A DNA stretch of 64,000 nt from Octopus sinensis (Eukaryota): positions 99,076,001 to 99,140,000 of the forward strand of contig NC_043002.1 of NCBI RefSeq assembly GCF_006345805.1. The letters run 5' to 3'. The notes under the pieces are model-generated. The model was not told where the DNA came from and searched no databases. It was given only the letters and a program-made list of their open reading frames with translations. Position numbers and translations under genes: made by a program. Below are positions 13,090-27,600 of this stretch, piece by piece (the first letter of the stretch is position 1; every line of letters begins with the position of its first letter).

Positions 13090-13655
13090 GTTTGTCTGAC
13101 GCTCGTAAGGTCGTGAGTTTGATACCCGGCGGAATGTTGTGGCCTTGAGCATGACACGATTTCAAGTTGCTTCAGTCCCCTCAGCAGACAGAAACGTAAC
13201 CAGGCCAACACTCTTATCAAGCAGCTAGAGGGGATGAGAGGAAACACCAAAAACGCACATACACATTGAAAGATATATATATATATACAGCGGACTTCCA
13301 CAGAGTTTCCGTCTACGAAGTAAGCTTCACAATGCATTGTGAAGATACTTGTACATAGTAGAACACACTTGCTCAAGATACCCCGCAGTTGGACTGAACT
13401 CGAAACTAAGTAGGTGCAAAGCTAGGTCCTTAATCATACAGCCACACATTTTGCAAATATCCATGTCTGTTTCCATTTCGTTCTGTTTTTGCAGACTGAA
13501 GAATTGTAGTGGCTTTTTGCTATTGTCTTATCATGGTTTAAAGAATAGTTCTTTTTTGTCTTTCTTTTACGATTTATGCTTTCAGTTCTCCCTTCTCATA
13601 AATGTCAGTCATTTCAGCATGTTTCGTATTTGTTGGCTTCCTTCAGGACTTGAAG
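12615..13655. repeat. Inverted duplication: 12615-12847 versus 13429-13655
   Basis: The same sequence appears on opposite strands (ORF track shows MSVSISFCFCRLK.. on both). The left copy is flanked by TAAGAAAAAG at 12601-12610 and 12844-12853. Confidence 0.9.
13190..13448 (-). mobile_element. Old SINE family A-like copy
   Basis: Minus strand GTGGCTGTATGATTAAG..GAGTTCAGTCCAACTGCGGGGTATCTTGAGCAAGTG..GTAGACGGAAAC. Confidence 0.6.
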
Positions 13656-14130
13656 ATTGAAAACAACATTTTCTACGTTGCTCGTACTTTGTAGTCATCT
13701 GTGATAGTTCTTTTTTATCGCAAAGAAGATACATTATAATGGTTTACTAGTTGCGTAAACGCCTATAACTTTGTCTTCATGTAAAATACAGCCATTACTT
13801 GTCAGAATTTTGGCTGTATATTCTCAGTATAGTTATTACTTTAATATTTTCTATCTAGTTTAGCTGGACAGCTGAATATATTATAAATATAACTTATTAC
13901 TAGATCGGTTACAATGTCCATGTTTGTCGCCTTTTCATTTCTATTTAGCTGCGCTATAAGTTATAATATTAGCGTCTTGCACACTATCTCGCTGATTCTT
14001 TAGTTTTAGAATATCTGTGTTTGGTGTAATATTTTAACGTATGTCTCTTTAGTCAGCATGAGAGGTAATGCGCTACATTTTATTCCCTGTAAGGTGTCGT
14101 TGGTGCATTTTTCTTATTGAAAATCTTACA
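13455..14130 (-). mobile_element. Highly decayed PLE linker/GIY-YIG region (tentative)
   Basis: Scattered motifs on the minus strand (CKIFNKKN, SCP..D.K, KELSQ, QVLKEANKY) in PLE-like order, with many stops. Confidence 0.3.
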
Positions 14131-14241
14131 TAGATATTTCAAATCAAATCAATGAACACATTTTCTGTAACAATGTTTCTTAGTCGTTTACATCTTGCAA
14201 CAATCATCCGTGAGGTCGTTGATATATATAAATATACATAC

Positions 14242-14346
14242 GGGCGTAGGAGTGGTTGTGTGGTAAGTAGCTTGCTTACGAACCACATGGTTCCGGGTGA
14301 AGTTCCACTGCGTGGCACCTGACGCTCTAACCACTGAGCCATGCGC
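14242..14346. mobile_element. Fused SINE 5' heads: family A head (+, 14242-14320) and family C-type head (-, 14321-14346)
   Basis: GGCGTAGGAGTGGTTGTGTGGTAAGTAGC..CCACTGCGTGGCACC abuts the reverse complement of GCGCATGGCTCAGTGGTTAGAGCGTC. Confidence 0.65.
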
Positions 14347-15280
14347 TTTCATATATAAGCGCGTGTGTGTGTATTTGCTTGTGTAGTGTCTGTATGTGCG
14401 TTTTCGTGTTTGATGTTATCTCTCACCGATTGACAGCTGCTGTGAGATTGTTTAAATCTTCCTGACTTATGCAACTTAGCAGTCAGAGAAGAAGAGAAAA
14501 GGTTCGATAGAATAATAACTGGGCTTAAAATAAGTACTACTAAATCTTTCAAGGCTGTACTGAAGAAGGCTGCAGTTCGGTTACTGAAAGTAGTGATAGA
14601 ATACAAGAAAACAATAACTTCCATGGGGTAAAGGTAAAAGCAAATTTTTTTAAATGTGACAGCATCATTTAAGTCGCCCCCATCCGAACAGAAATTCTTC
14701 AGAAAAATAAACGTAAATGCGTGACACAGACGTAATTGCGAAAAAGAGAGAAAAAAAATGAAAATCCTGACGTTCGTATTTCGGGATATACAAGCCAGAA
14801 ATTTAATAACGGCTTCGCAAGCTTGCTCACCTACAATGAAATCGATGAAGATTCGCCGGCTCCCTGGAAACATCATGATACTGATATGTTACATGTCTCA
14901 ACGCTTCCTTGCCGGAAAAAAGAAAATGAGAAGTTAGATAGCATATTGTTTTCTTACACCGAACCGAGAGGAGATTCCTATAGAGCGATGTAGTTTATAT
15001 CAACCAAAGCAGAATATATGGTTATGTGTTGCTAAACTCCAAGATCGAGGCAAAGTGATGCTAAAAGTTGCATTAGCTCCTTACACATCCACTAACAGGC
15101 TGGTGCAGCAGTTTAAGGGGTGGCCAAACAGAAAAGTCGCAAGCAGAGAAAATCATAGCGGTGCAGATACTTCGATCACCTTCCCGCTTATGATACACAA
15201 CAGGCAAATGGTGAATACAGACGTATGAAGAAACAATGTGCTCCGACACAACCACGATGGGAGTTTCTTTGCTGTGTGTT

Positions 15281-15500
15281 TACTCTTTTTACTCTTTTAT
15301 TTGTTTCAGTCATTTGACTGCGGCCATGCTGGAGCACCGCCTTTAGTCGAGCAAATCGACCCCGGGACTTATTCTTTGTAAGCCCAGTACTTATTCTATC
15401 GGTCTGTTTTGCCGAACCGCTAAGTTACGGGGACGTAAACAAACCAGCATCGGTTGTCAAGCAATGCTAGGGGGACAAACACAGACACACAAACACACAA

Positions 15501-15561
<61 letters not shown>

Positions 15562-15722
15562 TACGACAGGCTTCTTTCAGTTTCCGTCTACCAAATCCAC
15601 TCACAAGGCATTGGTCAGCCTGGGGCTATAGCAGAAGATACCTGCCCAAGATGCCATGCAGTGGGACTGAACCCGGAACCATGTGGTTGGTTAGCAAGCT
15701 ACGTACCACACAGCCACTCCTG
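15281..15722 (-). mobile_element. SINE family A, full length (probably octopus OR1/OK-type)
   Basis: tRNA-like head CAGGAGTGGCTGTGTGGTA..GGTTCAGTCCCACTG, internal microsatellite, AAAAGAGTA tail. The family name is recalled, not searched. Confidence 0.9.
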
Positions 15723-17028
15723 TGTTTGTGGGTTGTCTGCCCTATTTTTACATTTAATATAAATATATTTTTAGTGCGTTTATATGTGTGTGTGTATGTG
15801 TGTGTGCGTGTGTATAGACAGATAGATAGATGGATAAATAGGTAGATCTACATACATACACGCATTCATAGGTAGATCTACATACATACACGCATTCATT
15901 GAATTAACACCGTGATTAAAGATATTCATAAGACTAATGATGGCTAAACGTCTGAATATATTGACCGGATCATTTGCCTCATCTTCCATTTTCTCTTATG
16001 GTAGTCTTTGTACATTCCAAAAGTTGCTTGTTAAACCTTTTGTAGTGCCCGGTCGTATCTATATCATCATTATCATCACAACCACAACCATCACCACCAC
16101 CATCCTCCCACTCCTCCTCATCTTCATCATTAATTTTCATCGAGAGACAAGACTTAAAATGATTACCTTAGGGAAAGTGATTATTCACTATGGGAAAACC
16201 CATTTTATTATTTCATTAAACAATTATATCTATATATATATTATCTATTTTATACGCGTTTGTGTGTGTGTATGTGTGTGTTTGTGTGTGTGTGTATGTA
16301 TGTGTGTGTGTTTAGGTATGTATACGCAAATTAATACTCATCGAATGCACCATACAAAACTAAGGGAATGGACACTTGGACGGAACAATAGTTGTCAGGA
16401 ATGATTGACATTCATTTATACTTTCCTCTTGCAGTGTTAAGGGTTTCAATCTATTATTCTCAGAAAACTAACCGAGAGAAAAAAAAAGTGTATTTTAATA
16501 TGTACTGAAGTCTTTATTGTGTTTTGTCTCCTACTTCAACCGCGATTAGGCGTTCTGGGGGAGAGAAAGAAAGATGAAAAGAGAAGAGGAATAAACAAGC
16601 ACAATTTGTATCTGTTCCTTTATTCAAAATGCGTTCCTTCGTGGTAAATCTAATTTTACTGATGATTCATTTTGAAGAAGAAACAAACGATGATTCTCAA
16701 GTGTAATATGGGTATTATCTTACCTCACGTTTGCAGAGGAGAACTAAAGTATAACAAACACAATATATATGTGAACAAAAACATGCATAAAAAGACATAC
16801 ACATTCACATATGGAAATATGCTAATTCGATTCCTGTGGGATTCTACGTTATGTAGAAAAATATATACTTCTATAAAATGTAATGAATCTATTTAAAAAA
16901 AAACAAAACGTTATTTCCGATAATTTTATCCCCGCTGTGTTTCATGCCTTGAAGAACATTGAAGAATATTGAAAGCGAGAAGTGGTATGAATAAATATTC
17001 TCTAGGTTTATATGTAAGAGATCATTTT

Positions 17029-17065
<37 letters not shown>

Positions 17066-17092
17066 TACACACATTTAATATTATATCATATA

Positions 17093-18507
<1,415 letters not shown>

Positions 18508-18769
18508 TACACACAGATACACATACAAAGATAAATTCATAGATACAACTGAGTGGGCAAACAAAAATATAAGACACAGCCTAATGCTTTTTTTATGTTG
18601 ATAAGCCTGGTACTTATTCTATTAGTTTGTTCTTGTGAAACCAGTAAGTTAAGTTGATGTAAATAAATGAACACCAGTTGTGAAGCAGTGATGAGGGCGA
18701 AACACAGAGACAAAGACACACACATACACTTAAATATATACATACATATATATACGATTGATTTGTTAC

Positions 18770-20365
18770 AGTTCCTGTCTCCGGGAGACAATGGAGTTGC
18801 GTATCAAATAATCTAATCCGGCTTTTATATTTCATGTCCTAATACATCTCCTGCTGTGGCTGTGTAGTCCTATCCTGGACAAACACTCCCTCTGGCAGGT
18901 GCCGCAAATGTAGTGAAGACTTTGCCTGGCTGGTTGTAATGACATACTTTCTTGTTGACGTATTTTCTTGTCTTTCCATTTCTCTCCTCTCTCTCTCTAT
19001 GTCACTATTTGTGTTCTCTCTTTTACGGTACGTCGCCAAATTCCACGGTTGCTGGCAACTGCTTCCCAGTTGGTAATATTGATGTTGCAGGCATTTATAA
19101 CCCTTTTGCAAACATCCTTGTATCGTAAGAACGGTCTTCCCACAGACCTAGCGCCCCTAGCAAGCTCTCCGTAGAGTATGTCCTTGGAGATTCTGCCATC
19201 TTCCATACGGCTAACATGTCCAAGCCATTTCATACGTCTTTGGGCGAGGAGTGCAAAAATGCTTGGTATTCCTGCTTGCTTGAGGAAATCTTTGTTGGGG
19301 ATATGATTCTGCCATTTGATGCGAAGGATTTTCCGGAGGCAGCGCAGGTGAAAGTTATTTAGGCGACGCTCTTGGCGTGTGTATGGCGTCCAAGTCTCAC
19401 TTCCATACAGTAGAGTGGTAAGTACACATGTCTGGTAAATCTTCATCTTGGTCGGCTTATAGTTGTCCCATGCCCGTTTGGAGAGTTGGACCATCACAGC
19501 AGCTGTCTTGCCAATGCGTATATTGAACTCAGTATCAAGGGATAGGTTGTAGGTGACGGTAGAGCTAAGATAGGTAAACGTCTCCACCTCCTGTAGTCTG
19601 TGGTCTCCAATATGTATGTTTAGGATGTCCGATGTAGCCTGATGCATGATGTTGGTCTTCTTGAGGGTGATAACTAAGCCTAAGTCGCTACATGCTTGCT
19701 CAAAACAGTCGATGAGCCTCTGTAGGGCTTCTTCTGTATGTGATACCAGAGCGGCAGCATTAGCAAATAGCACGTCCTTGATCAGGACGCTTCTGATTTT
19801 GGTCTTGAACGCAGATACGAGAGATTGAAGTTTCCCGTCACTTCTTCTGTGCAGAAACACTCCATCATCTGAGGTCTCAAAGGCATGTGGCATCAGCAGC
19901 GAGAAGACGATGCCAAATAATGTAGGAGCATGGCACAACCTTGCTTTGCGCCGTTATTTGGAAGGCTGCTGATTTTGAACCATAGTGCTGTATGGTGCCT
20001 TGCAATTCATCATGGAAAGATTTGATGATCCTCAGCAGCTTTGGTGGACATCCGATTTTTGGAGCAGGATGAAGAGGCCTTTTCTACTTACCAAGTCAAT
20101 GAAGGCCATATATAATGGCATTTTCTGCTCTCTGGACTTCTCCTGAAGTTGGCGTATGGCGAATATCATGTCAATAGTTGATCTGCTTCTTCTAAAGCCA
20201 CACTGCGATTCTGGATAAATTCGAGAAGCAAGCAGTTGTAGCCTGGACAGGATAACGCGAGCAAAGGCCTTTCCAACAGTGCTTAGAAGAGATATTCCAC
20301 GGTAATTGTTACAATCACCACGTTCACCTTTGTTTTTGTAAAGCGTAATGATGTGAAGTGAAGTG
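18770..20365 (-). mobile_element. RTE-clade LINE, 5'-truncated, frameshifted RT plus C-terminal Cys/His motif
   Basis: ORFs 20032-20457 and 18997-19938: IITLYKNKGERGDCNNYRGISLLS, PESQCGFRRSRSTIDMIF, APTLFGI, LFANAAAL, LLYGSETW, KWLGHVSRMEDGR. The C-terminus reads YICGTCQRECLSRIGLHSH. Confidence 0.95.
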
Positions 20366-20459
20366 AAGTGATCGCCGTAGTGCTGACTCCCGGCTGGTGG
20401 CGGTGAGCAGTCATCCCTACGGAGCTCAGAGTAAGCGACCCTAAGCCTGTGGACCATAA

Positions 20460-20562
20460 GTAAGGCATGTGTAAAATTTGAATGTAATTGCTTGTGTAGT
20501 ACTCAAGTTTTAGGGATTCATGCAGACAAACAGAAACACATTCTCAGTTTTATATATATAGA
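20460..20562 (-). mobile_element. Isolated Helitron 5' terminus
   Basis: Minus strand starts TCTATATATATAAAACTGAGAATGTGTTTCTGTTTGTCTG, the same 5' motif as other copies. Confidence 0.55.
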
Positions 20563-20736
20563 TATGTATGTATGTATGTATGTAGTATGTATGTATGTAT
20601 GTATGTATGTATGTATGTATGTATATATACAAATTTGAATGTTTGTGTGTGTCTACAAAAAGTTAAACAACATGCATATACACAGAGAGACATTGAAATG
20701 TATTCATACACACATCTACTCATTTATATATATATA

Positions 20737-21826
20737 CTAGCAGTATCACCCGGTGTTGCTTGGGTTTGTTGCGACCCTTTAGAAATTTTGCATTATGCAA
20801 CTTGTTATTCTCTTCAAGTGAACATTTTTCCAGTTGAAATACACCAAAAAATTGTGACACAGCAGTCAAGAATCGTAAAAAATAGGGATTTTCATAGAAA
20901 AAAAGCACTTTTTTATGTAAATAATTTTTGGTATTAACATGGTCCGATTTGAATTTTATCTACTACAGAATAAAGAGCAAGCCTTCTTCTATCATATTCT
21001 CAATTTTGGTCAACTTGCGCTGCAGGGTCTTGAAGGAGATATTGTTAGTTGAAGGCTACCAAACCTGCCACACACAGACAACTTCAGCTTTATATATATA
21101 GATTTGCTGCACACTACTTTCCATCCTTAATAATGAAACTTGGTAGATCCAAAAGTTAAACACACAGACACACACAGAGATACACACACAGACACACAAG
21201 TTGAGTTTTATACATATAGATTTCTCAACGGGGATTTCAAGGGAGAGTTTCAGGGAGTCGTTGGTGATGTATCGTGATGATCAAAGATCCGGCCTGCTAA
21301 AATTTGGTTAAAGTGATTCAAACTGCAGACTCAACGCAAAATGGTCACATTTAATTCAAAACGTTAAAAATGTTATGAAAACAATTGGTATATCTTCACA
21401 AAGTCCAAACGATTAATACGAAAAAGCCCTCCAGGCTACATCCCGAAAATTCATTTCTTTGCCGAATTTCTGCAATGTTTACGGCGATTCGTTTTTAAAT
21501 CTTGATTTTTAAAAATTTTTCATGCAATTTACGCATGCTTGCACGCGTGGTGAACACAGTTCACGTCAAACAGCTGACTGAGTAAAGTTCACTATTGAAT
21601 GCATGGGATAAGGCCTAAACAAACACATCATCGATGTTTGCACTTGCGAGATGAATTTCGGAACAGAAACAGCGCAGTTCAATTTTCATTCGCCTAAACT
21701 TTAAGTGACCCATTTTTGGTGGTTCTACGATTTGTTGGCTAGGAAGAGATGTGCCGGGAAGTGAAACACACAGACACACACACAGATACATACACAGATA
21801 CACAAGTTGAGTTTTATATATATAGA
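20737..21826 (-). mobile_element. Composite Helitron: one 3' end, three stacked 5' ends (21102, 21220, 21826)
   Basis: CTAG at 20737-20740 with a degenerate hairpin. Three TCTATAT..AAA(A/G)CT(C/G)AA(C/G)TTGT motifs on the minus strand. Confidence 0.7.
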
Positions 21827-21916
21827 TATACACACACACATATATATATATATAATATAATATATGTGTGTATGTATATATATATATATGTATGTGTATA
21901 TATATATATATATATT

Positions 21917-21967
<51 letters not shown>

Positions 21968-22334
21968 TTGTGTGTGTGTGTATGTGTGTTTGTGTGTGTG
22001 TTTGTGTGTGTGTGTGTACTTTTTGTTTATTAATGCTGAAAAGAACGTCAGAAATATGGTACGCAGAGTTTCACGTTTCCGTTCGTCGGACGGTTCCGAT
22101 TATTTCAGTCTTAATCGCAACTGACCGATATAGGAAAACGTCAGTCTCTGAATAATAGCTTTGTGATATTTTTGCAGCTTTAATATAAAAGCATATTACT
22201 CTACCTTCGGTAATCGAGGCCACTTTTTCGTACCTTGGTTGGCATTTATGTGCATATTCGCGTGCGTGTGTGTATGTGTGTGTGTATGTGTGTGTGTATG
22301 CATGCGTGTGTGTGATGTGATACACTTACACCCA

Positions 22335-22570
22335 TATTTATTTCATTTGTTTAACTTGTTGCAGTCATTTGACTGCAGCTATGCTGGAGTATTGCCTTTA
22401 GTTGAAATGGACTCCAGCACTTATTTTTTGTAAGCTTAGTACTTATTCTATCGATTTGTATTGCCGAACCATAAAGTTACGGGGGCCGTAAGCACGCCAA
22501 CATCGGTTGTCAAGCAATGGTGGGGGATCAAACACACAAATAAGTACACACACATACACACACACACACA
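22335..22570 (-). mobile_element. SINE family A, 3' half
   Basis: Matches the family A tail (TTGCCGAACC..CATCGGTTGTCAAGC..). Confidence 0.75.
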
Positions 22571-22648
22571 CACACACAAATATAGCAAATATTTGAAAAA
22601 CGGAAAACATTTTGAAGAAAAATGTTTATATTTTCACTTTATGTTAAA

Positions 22649-23021
22649 CTAGCAGTATCGCCCGGCGTTGCTCGGGTTTGTAAGGGAAATAACTATATAA
22701 GCGTTTTAGAGATGTAAAGTATAATAGCCATCTCAATATGGCTAACCACAAAGGGGGGGTGTTACTGTAGCTTTTTACGTTCTGAGATTTAATAATAAAT
22801 TTTTAGAGAGTTACTTCCCTTATATATGTCAAAAATGCATAAAAAAATGGGAAAAATTGATGGTAATTTTTTTTTTAAATCGTCGACTCAGAAGGGCTCG
22901 ATTTGAATCACGACTATAAGATACGCGGTTTTGGTTAAACTGCACCGCAAAATGTGGGAGTAGTTAGGAATCTAAATCGTAGGAGACAGACAGCACACAA
23001 CCTCACTTTTATATTTAAAGA
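22649..23021 (-). mobile_element. Complete non-autonomous Helitron, same family as 1922-2317
   Basis: 5' TC at 23021-23020, hairpin plus CTAG at 22649-22652, A/T target. Confidence 0.85.
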
Positions 23022-23752
23022 TTAATTTCTTTTATAAAACATGCGTATGTGATTCGTATTTATATTTTACGGGTTGGAAAGCATGTAATTTCTGCTAATG
23101 AACCTTCATTGCCCTCCGGTAGGTGTTTCAACATCACTGGTGATTGAATCAACATTTGTAAATAATGCAAATGTTTTTACTGAAGTAAGAGCACAATTTT
23201 AAAACAGAATATTCTCACTAAAAGTAATTGCATGCTCATATATGACATCTGTTTTAAACTGTCAAAAAATGACCCACATAGTGTTTTCTATTTTAAAATA
23301 AAAAAAATTATGACCCGTCAAAAACAAAATTCGTTACTTGCTATACGTCGACTGATTGTTGAACCGGAAATCTATAATTAGTTTCAAATTTTGGCACAAG
23401 GCCATCAGTTTCATGAAGGGAATAAGTCAGTCACATAGATACCAGTGTTCAACTGACACATATTTAATCGACACCGAAAGAAGAATAGGCAAATTCGACC
23501 TCGGTGGAATTTGAACTTTGAAAAACGAACGAAGTGCCGCTAAGCATTTAGCTCGGGTAACTAATATTTCGAACAATTCATATCTCGGTCAGTGTGATTC
23601 CAGTCAAGCATTTTCAGCTTTCATCCTGTTTACCCTACTTATTTATACCTGTTCATCTATCCTCAGCCATGTTTCTTTCTCCCTTTCCTTATAACAAAAT
23701 ATCCAGCTATCCATCCACCTACCTCTATATTCTTCTACCAATGTTTCCGTTC

Positions 23753-24062
<310 letters not shown>

Positions 24063-24504
24063 TACCGAGCTATTTAGATAACTAACTATGTAAACCCTCT
24101 CTACATCGATCTATCCCTCTATCTATCCACACATCTATCAATTCTGCCATGTATGTATCTATCTGTTGTTATATCTTTGCACAATTACCCTGCATTTTAC
24201 GGTAACGCACGAAATCATTTCCTGTCATCATAAAACCTTCTTCTTGCTGTTACACCCCTTTCTATTCCTTTCTTTTGTTCTCACTACAGGTTTCTTGGTA
24301 CATCCTCCTACGAAAGGACAGAACTGTCACTTCTAATGCCATTGAGAATTTTCCTTCCTCCCTCGACCACATCCCCCACCATCACCATTACCACCGCAAC
24401 AATTGAAAACACACATCCATCTCAAATATATGTTGTTTTTAATATTCTCATAAATCTTTCAAGACACTAAATATAGCGGCTGAAAATTTATGACTATATT
24501 TCGT

Positions 24505-24780
24505 TCAGAAGATGATAGTTTCCGCTATAAGTGAACGGTTCTTATACTTAGGATACGGTTGACCTCGTGTGTACCGTTGGCGATTTTTTTCCCTCTGTCT
24601 TCCCTTCTCTGGATCTTTCCTTCTCCTATGTCTCCGACGAAGAGCTCCGCTCGAAACGTTAAACCCTCCTTCTTCCCTTCTTTCCTGAGCGTCCAATAAT
24701 ACTATATTTGTTCCACGTCCTCGTGTTGTTGTGTTTTTTTTGTGTTTTCTTGTTTGGATTAACTATATATATATATATGT
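24505..24780 (+). mobile_element. Short PLE-terminus-like repeat containing a minimal hammerhead motif
   Basis: Hammerhead-like core at 24630-24664, pyrimidine-rich 3' part ending in (TA)n. Related downstream sequence at 6781-6878 on the minus strand. Confidence 0.5.
24630..24664 (+). ncRNA. Degenerate minimal type I hammerhead ribozyme motif
   Basis: GTCT-CCGACGA-A-GAGC(TCC)GCTC-GAAAC-GT-T-AAAC. Core differs from CUGANGA only at U4, perfect 4-bp stem II, palindromic ACGT stem III, stem I 3 of 4 paired. Confidence 0.55.
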
Positions 24781-25561
24781 ATTAATAATAGTGGCAACTA
24801 TTATTCAAATGTAATTTAAAGCTATATTTTGCATTCATTGATTTACTGGTCATCTTTTCGAGAACCGTAGAGTCTATATGCTTTACCTTTTTCTTGACAG
24901 TTCTGGTATAGTCACATATACCCAAAATTATTCGTTTAAAAGAATATTATTACTGAGGACTTCATAAAGTGCATCTTAAATTTCACGTCATTGTATTGTT
25001 TCCTACGGCTGCGAAATCCCAAAGAAACCCCTCTACGTGCTAGCTACAACTTTTAGAAATATCATCGTTACTTAATTTTCTCTCATGACACCTTGCTATC
25101 TGGAGGAAGAGAAGGAATTCTTTGAATTTATTCTTAAATACACACGAAAGGGAGGATGGATGGTTCTAGGTTGAACTCCTTTGATCATGCGTCTGTTCTG
25201 CTCATTTAAGGATGACATCGAGTGGCAAGCAATAACAAATTGTATTTCTCGTTATTGCTATAATTTTGTTTGAATATATTTGCAGCTTTGGAATCTTAAC
25301 TGAAAGCGAAGAGAAGCAGGTGGTGAAACAGCTCATTATTTTCTACTTAGCACTCCTCTGTCATTTGTCTATTAAAAGTTAAATTTATTCAAATTTCATA
25401 AATGATTAAACAGCAGCTGTAGAACAATAGAGCTACAAAAAAAACCCCACTCCTAAATGCCTACAGTAAAAATATTTTTCGTGTTGATTCAAATAACATC
25501 GGAAAGGAACTAACTAATCTGACAGTTGAATATTTTAAATAATTTCACTATAGTCAGAAAT

Positions 25562-25630
<69 letters not shown>

Positions 25631-25634
25631 GTCA

Positions 25635-25670
<36 letters not shown>

Positions 25671-25681
25671 GTATATATATC

Positions 25682-25750
<69 letters not shown>

Positions 25751-27017
25751 TCTATCCGCCAAACTAGGGGGTTGGCATCATTCGAAAGCTACTATAAAGT
25801 GAAGAAACGCAGGTGCATTGTGAACAGCAGTGTGTTAAATATTCCGTTAGTCTGATCGATATATGTGTGTGTGTTTGTGTGGGCGTGTGTGTTTGTGTGC
25901 GCGTGTGTGTTTGTGTGCGCGTGTGTGTATACATATAGATACATCTATACATACAATCTACGATGCATTCATATATACAGGGAGAAAGATAAAATTTAGT
26001 AAACTTCATATCAGGTTCAAGTAAACAAATGACATCTCACCGTGTATCGTGCAATATGATGAATCACCTATTTAACAGCAGTCTATAGAGATTAAATGTA
26101 TTTATTACTGATGACGCAGACAACCATTTCTATTTTGTACAAAAATACTGTCGTATATTTGTATTAACACTTCTGTCAGTACTCTTCGTGGCCGATAAAG
26201 AAAATGCCCTAGCATCTAATATCAAAAAGTGTTTTGGAACAAAAACAAAGATAATTATTAGATTATCATTAGTCAGGGGTATTTTCTTATACAAGTCAAA
26301 ACGTTGTGCAAGTCAAATGATTAAATGATTAGTAGAAACTGAATTTGAAACTAATAGTTAGTCTGTCTCCTAAGGCCTAACCTCAATGACTGCAACGTTG
26401 TAAAATGCATAAACACACGTTCTGATGTTGCCCGAATTTAGCGAAAACGACCACAAGGGAAGAAAAAGGTATATTTGTACGATTTTTCAAGTATAATATC
26501 CTAATGCAACAGGTTATTCGTTCTTTCGTATTAGCTATTATAACTGGAGTTCTAAATATTTATTATTATAATTAAAATAAACTTAAAATAAAAACAATTT
26601 AAAATAAGAACCTTACATATTCGAGAAGTGTGAAAATTAATTCAAGTTTACTGCAAAGTCTCCTTGTCGAAAAATGGATGAATAGTATTGAATACTGATC
26701 AGTGCATATCTTTCAGATTAATTTAGTTTGGCCCCTTGAGCCCCAATTTTATGTAATTGCGCAGAGAATCTAACACATAAATTTAGGGAAAAATTGAAAG
26801 AAGCAACGAAAGATGGAACAATAAAGATGCAGTGACAGAGAAATAAGTGTATCCAAAATGTGTGGAATTTAAAAGGTCGAAGCCTTCCCTGGCTTTCTGG
26901 GGAATGTGGTCTTAGTTAGGATGCTCCACCAAATGTTGTGTATTTGTTACTGAGTAGCCGTATGATGTTTGAAAAGGATTTCGCAATTTAAATGCTTTAA
27001 TCTAAACTTATACATTT

Positions 27018-27151
27018 TTAAATACAGAGAGGACAAACACTGTGGCGAGAGTAACTGGTTCGTATTCCGCAGGCGCAAAGGGACGTTGCAGAGTACCATG
27101 TCATGGCCAGAGTGAAAAGTTTTTTTTCAACTAAAAGGCTATGAATGAATA
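27018..27151 (+). repeat. 134-bp dispersed direct repeat, copy 1 (copy 2 at 29269-29402)
   Basis: Identical apart from one substitution that I can see (GTAACTGG versus GTAAATGG). Confidence 0.9.
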
Positions 27152-27600
27152 TGATAGGTAAATTATCTACAAAATCAATCGCTCGACCTACAATAAATCT
27201 ATTGCAAATACCATTACTAACGAATATAAAATGTTTAGTTCTTCACCTTTGCCCGATATTAATATCAAGACAAAGAAAATGAAAGCGAATCAGAAACTAA
27301 AAATAGTGTGGGATTCTAAATGTTGTTAAACCTGTACGTTACTTTTAAGCACCCCATTCAACCTTTGCCAGCATTCCAGCAAGTAAACTTATCAATCAAA
27401 GCAAAACTAACATTGGAATAAGCAGCACGTTCATTATTGATAAAACGATTCTTAGAATGAAGGCAGCATCCTATTTAACACTTTGGAAATATTCCAGTGC
27501 AGTTATCACATGGTTTAAATCCGATGTATCATAATTTGATGTACAGACATTTTACCCATTATTTCTGAACGTCTAGTAGCAGATGCGTCAAATTCGCAAT
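27152..27600 (+). mobile_element. Decayed Penelope-like reverse transcriptase N-terminal fragment
   Basis: YKINRSTYNKSIANTITNEYK..ASKLINQSKTNIGISS..WKYSSAVITWFK..FDVQTFYP, which follows the PLE pattern RLINP.KS.IG..W..VI.WF..FDI..FYP. Confidence 0.6.

Noticed and set aside
14736-14993. 85-aa ORF with a coding-like look
   Set aside because: No identifiable motif or splice support. More likely a decayed unclassified transposon.
20366-20460. GC-rich ~95 bp 5' of the RTE RT, considered as a second twin-priming inversion
   Set aside because: Neither strand translates to RTE-like protein and no TSD was found. Origin unresolved.
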